Shown here: piece by piece, positions 10,767-18,524 of the stretch
Layout of the letters: the number at the start of each line of letters is the position of its first letter
Numbering within the stretch: the stretch's first letter is position 1
From: Alphaproteobacteria bacterium
Lineage (GTDB): Bacteria > Pseudomonadota > Alphaproteobacteria > UBA828
Length of the DNA: 64,000 bases
Assembly (NCBI GenBank): GCA_965221125.1
Contig: CBDCRW010000004.1
Location: forward strand, 224,001 to 288,000
Direction: 5' to 3'
Made by a program: the position numbers and the translations under genes
Notes under the pieces: model-generated
What the model was told of the DNA's origin: nothing
Database searches by the model: none
The model's input: the letters and a program-made list of their open reading frames with translations, nothing else

Positions 10767-11789
10767 ATGGAGTTCGGGATTGCCTTCAAGGGCGACATCA
10801 GTATGGAGCGCACCATCGCGATCGCGCGCCAGTGCGAGGCGGCGGGCTTCGACTATGTCTGGTTCTTCGATTCCCACATCCTCTGGTCCGACTGCTACAC
10901 CAAGATGGCGGTCTGCATGGCGCATACCGAGCGGGTGCGCTTCGGCCCGCTGGTGACCAACCCCAAGGTGCGCGACTGGTCGGTGGCGGCCAGCCTCTTC
11001 GCCACGCTGAGCGACATCGGGCGCGGGCGCTTCGACATCGCGGTCGGCCGCGGCGACAGCTCCATGCGGGTCATGGGCAAGTCGCCGGCGAATCTCGCCT
11101 ATACAGCTGCGTTCTGCGACGCCATGCGCAAGATGGTGGCGGGCGATACCGTGCAGTACGCGGATTGCCCTGAGCCCGTCTACATGGACTGGGTCGCGGG
11201 CCATCCCATGCCGGTCTGGTTCGCGGCCTACGGGCCGAAGGCGCTCAAGACGGCCGGCGAGGTCGGCGACGGGCTCATCATCCAGCTTGCGGACGTGGGG
11301 CTCTGCGAGTGGTTCGGCGGCCAGGCCAAGGCGGCGGGCGAGGCTACTGGCCGCGACATGGGGGGCTACCGCGTGCTGTCCGCAGCCCCCGTCTGGGTCG
11401 GCGACAAGGAGGAAGGCGTCGCCCAGACCAAGTGGTTCCCGGCGCTGGTCGGCAACCACGTGGCCGACATCGTGGAGAAGTACGGCGCCGGCACCGACCT
11501 CGTGCCGGAGAGCCTCACCGCCTACATCGAGGCGAGGCGCGGCGCGGGCGCGGGCGGCGAGGGCTACAACTATCGCCAGCACGCCGACAAGGTCTCCGAC
11601 AACACCTATTACATCACGCCGGAGATCACGGACTCCTTCTGCATCCTGGGCGAGCCCGACGAGCACGTGGCCAAGCTCAAGGCGCTGGAGGCGGCGGGCG
11701 TGACCCAGTTCACGATCTACCTCACCAACGGCTCGGAGGAGCGCATCGTCGCCGACTACGGCGACCACGTGATCCCCAACTTCCGCTAA
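10767..11789 (+). CDS. LLM-class (luciferase-like) oxidoreductase, probable F420-dependent CPS_4043/TIGR03842-like
   Basis: WFFDSHILW, GPLVTNP, GRGDSS and AAYGPKAL...GEVGDGLI motifs; GGAGG RBS; continues the hyuAB run. The subfamily is recalled, not searched. Confidence 0.82.
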   Translation: MEFGIAFKGDISMERTIAIARQCEAAGFDYVWFFDSHILWSDCYTKMAVCMAHTERVRFGPLVTNPKVRDWSVAASLFATLSDIGRGRFDIAVGRGDSSMRVMGKSPANLAYTAAFCDAMRKMVAGDTVQYADCPEPVYMDWVAGHPMPVWFAAYGPKALKTAGEVGDGLIIQLADVGLCEWFGGQAKAAGEATGRDMGGYRVLSAAPVWVGDKEEGVAQTKWFPALVGNHVADIVEKYGAGTDLVPESLTAYIEARRGAGAGGEGYNYRQHADKVSDNTYYITPEITDSFCILGEPDEHVAKLKALEAAGVTQFTIYLTNGSEERIVADYGDHVIPNFR

Positions 11790-11803
11790 GCGGCGGGCGG
11801 TAG

Positions 11804-12190
11804 TCAGAGCGCCTGGATCGGCCCCGGATAGCGGGCAAGCGTCGAATCCGCCGTCAGGAGGGTGAGGCCCTCGATCTGCGCTTGGGCGATCAGGATGCGG
11901 TCGAACGGATCCCGATGGATCGGCGGCAGCAGGTCTACGGCCGTCGCGTGAGCGCCAGTGATCGGCAGTTCACGGTAGTCGTTCTCCAGGAGGTTCCGCC
12001 GCAACAGGCGCGGATCGACGCTGAACGACGCACGCCCGAGCCCGTTCTTGATCGCGATTTCCCAGAGTGACGCGGCGCTGAAGACCAGCTCGGTCGCTTC
12101 TTCCTCCATCGACGCCCGCGCGTCGGGCGGCAGTCTATGCGGCTCACCCACCGCCCAGAGGACGACGTGGGTATCGAGCAGGAGCTTCAC
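11804..12190 (-). CDS. vapC: VapC PIN-domain toxin
   Basis: LLLDTHVVLW, SAASLWEIAIK and HRDPFDRILIAQA motifs; GTGA overlap with the antitoxin. Confidence 0.93.
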   Translation of the reverse strand: MKLLLDTHVVLWAVGEPHRLPPDARASMEEEATELVFSAASLWEIAIKNGLGRASFSVDPRLLRRNLLENDYRELPITGAHATAVDLLPPIHRDPFDRILIAQAQIEGLTLLTADSTLARYPGPIQAL

Positions 12191-12432
12191 TCGTCACCGT
12201 CGAACATGGCCTCGATCTCGGCCGCGCCGATACGGTCGAAGTTCTCCGGTATCGTGACTTGCCCTTCCATGATTCCGAGCCGGCGCTTGGTGCCGGCCGC
12301 CGGCGTATCGACTGCGACCACCTTGACCAGCGGCTTGCCTGCGCGCGCGATGACGAACGGCTCGCCGCTGGCAGCGGCGGCGACCAGTCGCGACAGATGG
12401 GTCTTGGCCTCGTGCATATTGACGGTGCGCAT
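12187..12432 (-). CDS. Phd/YefM-family antitoxin
   Basis: MRTVNMHEAKTHLSRLV...GEPFVIARAGKP signature directly upstream of vapC. Confidence 0.92.
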   Translation of the reverse strand: MRTVNMHEAKTHLSRLVAAAASGEPFVIARAGKPLVKVVAVDTPAAGTKRRLGIMEGQVTIPENFDRIGAAEIEAMFDGDE

Positions 12433-12444
12433 GGCGGCGTTCCC

Positions 12445-12473
12445 ATAGACTTAGTCTAGTAAACTTAGTCTAT
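12445..12473 (-). promoter_or_regulatory. Probable autoregulatory operator of the Phd-VapC operon
   Basis: Palindrome TAGACT-T-AGTCTA (12446-12458) and tandem variant TAAACTTAGTCTA (12460-12472), 13-40 bp upstream of the antitoxin ATG. Confidence 0.7.
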
Positions 12474-12510
12474 CAGTCCGGCCCGCGCAAGGCCCGCTTC
12501 GAGACGCCCC

Positions 12511-13512
12511 CTAATCCAGCCGCACCACCTCGCCGGTCGCGGCAGAGCGTTCCGCCGCCAGCGTCGTCCGCACCGCTTCCATCGATTCTCGGGGCGTGAT
12601 GATGGTGGGCGGCGTGCCGTCCCGCACGCAGCGGGTGAAGTAGAGGAACTCCTCGCGGAGCGCGCCCGAGAGCCTGCCGTGCAGCGCCGGCCAGTAGGTG
12701 GTGTCGGGGCTGCGGAAGCCGTCCTTCGTGCAGATGCCGATGTTGGGGAAGGTGTCCTGGATGTGGATGAAGCCTTCCGTGCCGATGATCGACATGCGCT
12801 CGTCGATGTCGAACGGGGTTTTTTCCGGCATGCACCAGACCGTCTCCAGCGTCGCCGTGGCGCCTGAATCGAAGCGGTACATGGTCTGGCCGATGTCGGG
12901 GTACCTGAGCCCGCGCACGTCCACGGTCTGGGCGTATGCGCTCACCACGTGCGCGCCGGTGAACCACAGCATCAGGTCGGTGTCGTGGATGGCGTCGCCG
13001 ATTATCGGCCCGATCTTGTTCAGGATCTCGGGCGTCCACGCCGCCGGGATGTTGCGGCGCGAGCTGAGCGCCACGATGCGGCCGATACTGCCGGCCTCGA
13101 TCGCGCGCTTGGCGGAAGCGTAGCGCGGGTTGAAGCGGCAGATGTGCCCCACCATGAGGTAGCCGGGCGCCGCCTCCGCCGCGGCGACGATGCGCGCGCA
13201 GTCCTCGACCGTCGACGCCATGGGCTTCTCGAGGAAGACATGCTTGCCCGCCGCGAGCGCATCCAGCGTGGGCCCGGTGTGCTGGTCCCACATGGTGACG
13301 ACGCTCACGGCATCGAGGTCGCCCCGCCCCAGCAGCGCGCGGTAGTCGGTCTCCAGCACGCCGACCCCGTACTTGGCTCCAAGGTCGGCGAGCCTGGATT
13401 CGGTCCGGGTGCAGAGCGCGGCAAGCTCCAGGCCCGGCGTGGCCTCGATCGCGTCGCAGTGGACCTCGCCGAACCAGCCGAGGCCGATCACGCCGATGCG
13501 CACGCTCTCCAT
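12511..13512 (-). CDS. Gfo/Idh/MocA-family NAD(P)-dependent oxidoreductase
   Basis: IGVIGLGWFG Rossmann motif, GKHVFLEKPMA, GHICRFNP, AIHDTD. Confidence 0.9.
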   Translation of the reverse strand: MESVRIGVIGLGWFGEVHCDAIEATPGLELAALCTRTESRLADLGAKYGVGVLETDYRALLGRGDLDAVSVVTMWDQHTGPTLDALAAGKHVFLEKPMASTVEDCARIVAAAEAAPGYLMVGHICRFNPRYASAKRAIEAGSIGRIVALSSRRNIPAAWTPEILNKIGPIIGDAIHDTDLMLWFTGAHVVSAYAQTVDVRGLRYPDIGQTMYRFDSGATATLETVWCMPEKTPFDIDERMSIIGTEGFIHIQDTFPNIGICTKDGFRSPDTTYWPALHGRLSGALREEFLYFTRCVRDGTPPTIITPRESMEAVRTTLAAERSAATGEVVRLD

Positions 13513-13539
13513 GGCGCTGCCCTCCCGCCGCCCCGCCGC

Positions 13540-14121
13540 TCAGGCGGCCTCCTCCTTCTGCGCGGTGAACGTGAGGCCCTTGGCCGCGAACTTCTCCTTC
13601 ACGCCCGCCTGGATGGCGTCGAGTCTCACGGCGGTGGACGGCGCCATGTCGATATCGGTCATGTCGTGCACGCCGCCGGAGATGATCACCTGCAGGATGG
13701 CCTCGTCGTCGCCGATGTTGCGGAAGGCGCGGTTGACCCTGGGCGGCACCGAGATGGTGTCGAGCTCGTCGAGCTCCACCCGGCCGCTGCCGTCGTCGTT
13801 CCACGTCACCTCGAAGCGGCCCTTGAGCACGGTGAAGGTCTCGTAGGTCTGGTGATGCGCGTGGAGCGCGGGGCCCTGGCCCGGCGGGCAGACGGCGAGC
13901 GTCATGGTCATGCCGGCCGCGTCCACGATGGGCGCGCCGGTGTTGATCGGCGTCTCCACGTCGCCGCCGAGGCCGATGACGGAGAGCAGCTTGCGCGCAT
14001 AGATGACGTCGTTGGCCTCCTGCGGGATGTCCGGGTCCTGCTGGATCGGCAGCGGCTTCAGCGCGCCGTAGCGCGAAATCCGGGCCTGCATCTCGTCCTG
14101 CGTGATCTCGATCGTCTTCAT
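13540..14121 (-). CDS. Cupin-domain protein
   Basis: GPALHAHHQTYETF and ISVPPRVNRAFRN cupin motifs; start moved to MKTIEI, which follows a GGAGG RBS. Confidence 0.82.
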   Translation of the reverse strand: MKTIEITQDEMQARISRYGALKPLPIQQDPDIPQEANDVIYARKLLSVIGLGGDVETPINTGAPIVDAAGMTMTLAVCPPGQGPALHAHHQTYETFTVLKGRFEVTWNDDGSGRVELDELDTISVPPRVNRAFRNIGDDEAILQVIISGGVHDMTDIDMAPSTAVRLDAIQAGVKEKFAAKGLTFTAQKEEAA

Positions 14122-14249
14122 CGCATCCTCCCTGGCGCGCACCGCGGCGCCGCGCCCGGAATGGTAGAGCGATCCGCGCCCGATTGGAATCGCCCGTGCG
14201 CGTCCCGCATCGCACTATGGAGTGGATGACACGCCGGGCGTTACTTTGC

Positions 14250-14380
14250 AGGGGAGGGGATTCGGATTACCCGACTCCACTGGAGAGAGCTTCGGGCTTG
14301 TTGGGCGGATCCTCAGGAAATTGGGCGTCGTTGGGGTAAACCAAGACGTTGGCGTCAATCGGGTTTGGGGCTGCCGCGCT
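14250..14380 (-). pseudogene. Remnant of a PIN-domain toxin gene
   Basis: A frame overlapping the end of the upstream ORF reads ...IDANVLVYPNDAQFPE, resembling the PIN N-terminal D-T/A-N-V-L-V-Y motif, then stops. No start codon and most of the domain is missing. Confidence 0.5.
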
Positions 14381-14564
14381 CGTAGAGTTCTTCCCTCGTC
14401 CAGCCGCGCTCGCGGGTGGTGCGCGCGATTGGTTCGGCTCCGCCCTTTCGCTTCCGGGAGGTCGATTCTCTGGACAGACGAAGGAGCCTGTCGACGGGGG
14501 ACCCTTCGGTTGCCGGGTCGACAGAGGGCTCCTTGATCTGAGGCTTCCCCGTTTTCTCGCTCAT
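14355..14564 (-). pseudogene. Degenerate/shortened AbrB-type antitoxin
   Basis: C-terminal RGWTREELYERG is typical of antitoxins preceding PIN toxins; MSEKTGKPQIKEP resembles a decayed AbrB start; the middle of the domain appears missing. Confidence 0.5.
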
Positions 14565-14598
14565 ATCAATATCATTATTGATATGACGTGATTGTCAA
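14561..14598 (-). promoter_or_regulatory. Palindromic operator plus -35 box of the TA relic (likely leaderless promoter)
   Basis: Perfect 11-bp inverted repeat TCATATCAATA-N4-TATTGATATGA (14561-14586) overlapping the ATG; minus-strand TTGACA at 14598-14593. Confidence 0.6.
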
Positions 14599-14635
14599 CA
14601 GCGACGGAACCAGAGGCGACGCCCGCGCCCCTCGC

Positions 14636-15550
14636 TCACGCTTCCCGCGCCGAGATCGGGTCGACGATGTTGAGGCGCGTGATGAAGCGCTGGAAGAACA
14701 GGGCCAGGAAGAGCGGCGGCAGGATCGAGAGCGTGCTGGCCGACGCAAACAGGACGATGTTCTGCGAGACCGTCTGCAGGGCCGGCGAGAGGGTCTGGGC
14801 GGTGGTGCCGCCGACCAGGATGATGCCGAAGAGCAGCTCGTTCCAGCAGAACAGGAAGGCGATGATGAAGGAGGCGCTGATGCCGGGCATCGCCATCGGG
14901 ATCATGACGTGCCGCAGCACGCCCAAGCGGCTGCACCCGTCGATCCGCGCGGCGCGCTCGATGTCGGCCGGCAGCGTCGCGAAGTAGCCCATCAGGATCC
15001 AGGCGAGCAGCGGCGTGATGCCGGTGAGATAGGTCAGGATCAGGGCGCCCTGGTTGCCGATCAGGCCGAGGGAGCGGAAGAAGGTGTAGTAGGGGATGAG
15101 GATGGCGATCGGCGGCAGCACGCGGGTGACGAGAAGGGCGAAGAGCAGGCCCATCCGGCCCGAAAAATCGAAACGCCCGAAGGCGTAGCCTGCCACGGTG
15201 GCGATGGCGGTCGCGGCGAGCGCCGTGGGCAGCGCCACGATCAGGCTGTTGAGGAAGCCGAGGCCGATCTGCCTGGTCTGCCCGCCGAAGAGCGCATCCG
15301 TCTCCGCGATGCCGAGGATGCGCGCATAGTTGTCCAACGTCGGCGCGTCGATGGTCTGGACGATGCCCTCGACGATCTCGGGCTTGGTCATGAGCGAGGC
15401 CCAGACCATCCAGAAGAAGGGCAGGATCGTCCACAGCACGACGAGGAGCCCGGCGGCGGCGACACAGACCTTGAGCCGGGCGGTTCCGCTGAGCGAGGCC
15501 CAGCGCGCCCGCGCGCGGCGCAATCTCGCGAGGAGCCCGACCGGGGCCAT
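14636..15550 (-). CDS. Carbohydrate-type ABC transporter permease (MalG-like), orphan
   Basis: Six hydrophobic segments, EAA loop ERAARIDGCSRL, WNELLF. Confidence 0.88.
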   Translation of the reverse strand: MAPVGLLARLRRARARWASLSGTARLKVCVAAAGLLVVLWTILPFFWMVWASLMTKPEIVEGIVQTIDAPTLDNYARILGIAETDALFGGQTRQIGLGFLNSLIVALPTALAATAIATVAGYAFGRFDFSGRMGLLFALLVTRVLPPIAILIPYYTFFRSLGLIGNQGALILTYLTGITPLLAWILMGYFATLPADIERAARIDGCSRLGVLRHVMIPMAMPGISASFIIAFLFCWNELLFGIILVGGTTAQTLSPALQTVSQNIVLFASASTLSILPPLFLALFFQRFITRLNIVDPISAREA

Positions 15551-15577
15551 TCGCCCGGCCGCCCCGCCGCCCGGCCC

Positions 15578-17131
15578 CTAAATCTTCCTTTCGTGGCCTT
15601 CCCAGAAGCGCTCGCGGACCTTGCGCTTCAGCACCTTGCCGACGCCGCTGCGGGGCAGCTCGTCCCAGAACTCCACCGTCTTCGGCGCCTTGTAGGGGGA
15701 CAGCTCCTGCTTGCAGAGCGCGATCAGGTCGTCGCCGCTCACGCGCTCGCCCTGCTTCAGCTCGACCACCGCCTTCACCGCCTCGCCCCACTTCTCGTCG
15801 GGCACGCCGATCACGGCGCAGTCCTGCACCGCCGGGTGGCTCCAGATCACGCGCTCGATCTCGATCGGGAAGACGTTGAGCCCGCCCGAGATGATCATGT
15901 CCTTCTTGCGGTCGACGATGTAGACGAAGCCGTCCTCGTCCTTGTAGCCGATGTCGCCGGTGTGGTGCCAACCGTGCGCCCGCATCTCCGCCGTGCCCTC
16001 CGGGTCGCCGAAATAGCCGAGGGAGACGAAGGTGCCGCGCACCACGATCTCGCCCCACGCGCCCTGCGGCATCATGGTGCCGTCGTCGTCCATCATCTCG
16101 ACCTCGACGAAGACGGGCGGGCGGCCGCAGCTCTTGAGCCGATGGCGCTTGCTGGGGTCGGCGAGGGCCTCCAGGTGGTCGGCGGGCGTGAGGATACCGA
16201 TGGTGCACGGGCACTCGGCCTGGCCGTAGATCTGGGTCATGCAGGGGCCGAAGAGGTCGATGGCCTCGGCCACCTTGTCGGCCGACATCGGCGCGCCGCC
16301 ATAGACGAAGTAATCGAGCGTCGAATAGTCGAACTCGCGGGCACGCGGGTGCGCGATCATCATGTAGATCATCGTCGGCGGCATGAAGGTGTGGGTCACG
16401 CCGTGGCGGTCGATCGCCTCCAGCACCGTGAGCGGATCGGGCTTCTGGATGCAGACCGTGGTGCCGCCGAAGGCCATGGCGGGCCAGGCGAAGACGCCGG
16501 CGCCGTGCGCCATGGAGGTCGCCACCAGGTGCACCGGCGGCTTCCTGATCGGCATGTGGGCGTAGGCGTTGGCGCACCAGGCCTCCCAGATGAGGTTCGA
16601 CCACATCGCGCCCTTGGGCCGGCCCGTGGTGCCGCCCGAGGTGAAGTGGCTGATGACCGCGTCGCGCTCGTCCGCAAGCTCCGGCGCCACGTCGCCGTGG
16701 CCCGCGATGAAGTCCTCGAAGGAGGGCGCGTGCGTGCCGGTGCGGTCGAGGCAGACGAGATGGCGGAGTTTTGGGCACCGGGCGCGGATCTGCGCGATCA
16801 CGGGCTCGAAGCTCGAATGGTAGAAAAGCCACGCGGCCTCGCGCTGGTCGATGACGTAGGCGTTCTCGTCCGCTGACGCGAGCGCGGCGAGGCCGACCCA
16901 GACGCCGCCGGCCCGCGCAGCGCCGATCCAGGCCTCGAAGGCGCGGGACGCGTTGGGGCTCAGGATTGCGACGCGGTCGCCGGCCGCGAGCCCGCCCGCG
17001 ATCAGCGCGTTCGCCGTGCGGTGGCTGCGCTGTGCCACCTCGCGGTAGCTGAGTTCGCCCGCCCCGTCGATGAGGCAGGCGCGGTCCGGGTGGTAGCGGT
17101 GCCCGCGCTCGAAGTAGTCGATCAGCCTCAT
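15578..17131 (-). CDS. Acyl-CoA synthetase/AMP-binding enzyme
   Basis: FTSGGTTGRPKG, YGQAE, TGDIG and DRKKDMIISGG motifs; start at MRLIDYF after GGAGGAG. Confidence 0.92.
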   Translation of the reverse strand: MRLIDYFERGHRYHPDRACLIDGAGELSYREVAQRSHRTANALIAGGLAAGDRVAILSPNASRAFEAWIGAARAGGVWVGLAALASADENAYVIDQREAAWLFYHSSFEPVIAQIRARCPKLRHLVCLDRTGTHAPSFEDFIAGHGDVAPELADERDAVISHFTSGGTTGRPKGAMWSNLIWEAWCANAYAHMPIRKPPVHLVATSMAHGAGVFAWPAMAFGGTTVCIQKPDPLTVLEAIDRHGVTHTFMPPTMIYMMIAHPRAREFDYSTLDYFVYGGAPMSADKVAEAIDLFGPCMTQIYGQAECPCTIGILTPADHLEALADPSKRHRLKSCGRPPVFVEVEMMDDDGTMMPQGAWGEIVVRGTFVSLGYFGDPEGTAEMRAHGWHHTGDIGYKDEDGFVYIVDRKKDMIISGGLNVFPIEIERVIWSHPAVQDCAVIGVPDEKWGEAVKAVVELKQGERVSGDDLIALCKQELSPYKAPKTVEFWDELPRSGVGKVLKRKVRERFWEGHERKI

Positions 17132-17274
17132 GCGGCTCCTCCCGGATCGCCCCTCGGATGCCCGTCCGCCCGCAGCGCGGGCCGCCACGCTCTACGCGGA
17201 ATTGACTCGGATTTCAAACAAGTGTTTGCTCGGCGCCACCCGACCCCCGCCGGCCGCCGCAATCGGAGAGACAC

Positions 17275-18492
17275 ATGCTTTCGCTGCCCAAGCAGGAGCT
17301 CAAGGGGCACTTCACCATGCTGCCGATGGACGAGGTCCATTTCGGCTCCGGCAGCCTCGACAATCTTTCCGCCGAGCTGGACAAGCAGGGCGTGAGCCGG
17401 GCCGTCATCATCACCGGCAACTCCTTGGCCAAGAACACGAATCTGGTGGACAAGATCGCCGCCGCCACGGGCAACAAGTGCGCCGGCGTCTTTCACGAGA
17501 CGTCGCAGCACGTACCGCGCCGCACCGTGATCGCGGCCGCCGACTACGCGCGCGAGCGGGGCGCGGATGCGCTCATCAGCTTCGGCGGCGGCACGCCCAA
17601 CGATACCGCGAAGGCCGCCACCATCTGCCTCGCCGAGGGGATCACCGAGCCTTCAGGTCTCGATGCCTACATGATCAAGTTCACCTATCCGGACAAGGTG
17701 GAGATCCCCTCGCTCACCAACGACCCGATCCCGATGTTCGCGATCCCGACGACGCTGTCTGCGGGCGAGTTCACCTACTTCGTCGGCATCACCGACGAAG
17801 AGCGCAAGGTGAAGGACCTCTACGTCGACCGGCGGATCACGGCGAAGGCGGTCATCCTAGACCCGGAGCTGACCCTGGAGACGCCGGAGCGGCTCTGGCT
17901 CGGCACCGGCATGCGCGCGGTCGACCACTGCATCGAGGCGATGTGCTCGACCACGGCCCAGCCCTTCATCGACGCGCTGGCCTACCGCGCGCTCGACATG
18001 CTGGTGCGCTACCTGCGCGAGACCAGGGCCGACCCCGGCGACGCGGCGGCGCGCGCACAATGCATGGTGGCGGCGTGGATGTCGGTCTGCGGCCTCGCCA
18101 ACGTCACGCTGGGCTTGAGCCACGGCATCGGCCACCAGTTGGGCGCGCGCTGCAACGTGCCCCACGGCGAGACCTCCGCCGTGATGATGCCGCACGTCAT
18201 GGCCTTCAACCGCGAGCAGACCATGACGCGCCAGGCCTGGGTGGCCGAGGCGATGGGCGTGGACCTCGCCGGCATGAGCGAGGAGGACGCTGCCACCGCC
18301 GCGGCCGACGAGGTGGCGAAGCTGGTGCGCGACGACATGGGCCTCCCCTGGCGGCTCCGCGACGTGGGCGTTGGCCACGACGACTTCCCCGGCATCGCGA
18401 AGGACGCCCTGGAAGACATCATCGTCGCCAGCAATCCTCGCCAGGTGACGTCCACGGACGAGGTCATCGACCTCTTGCACAAGGCCTGGTAG
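17275..18492 (+). CDS. Iron-containing alcohol dehydrogenase family (maleylacetate reductase-like)
   Basis: SFGGGTPNDTAK, IPTTLSAGE, DHCIE and HGIGH...VPHG metal ligands. Confidence 0.9.
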   Translation: MLSLPKQELKGHFTMLPMDEVHFGSGSLDNLSAELDKQGVSRAVIITGNSLAKNTNLVDKIAAATGNKCAGVFHETSQHVPRRTVIAAADYARERGADALISFGGGTPNDTAKAATICLAEGITEPSGLDAYMIKFTYPDKVEIPSLTNDPIPMFAIPTTLSAGEFTYFVGITDEERKVKDLYVDRRITAKAVILDPELTLETPERLWLGTGMRAVDHCIEAMCSTTAQPFIDALAYRALDMLVRYLRETRADPGDAAARAQCMVAAWMSVCGLANVTLGLSHGIGHQLGARCNVPHGETSAVMMPHVMAFNREQTMTRQAWVAEAMGVDLAGMSEEDAATAAADEVAKLVRDDMGLPWRLRDVGVGHDDFPGIAKDALEDIIVASNPRQVTSTDEVIDLLHKAW

Positions 18493-18524
18493 CGCAGGCT
18501 TGCTTCCGGGTTAGGGAGACTCCC

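Noticed and set aside
14222-14591. Plus-strand ORFs of 104 and 80 aa
   Set aside because: They are antisense to the TA relic and have no recognisable motifs.
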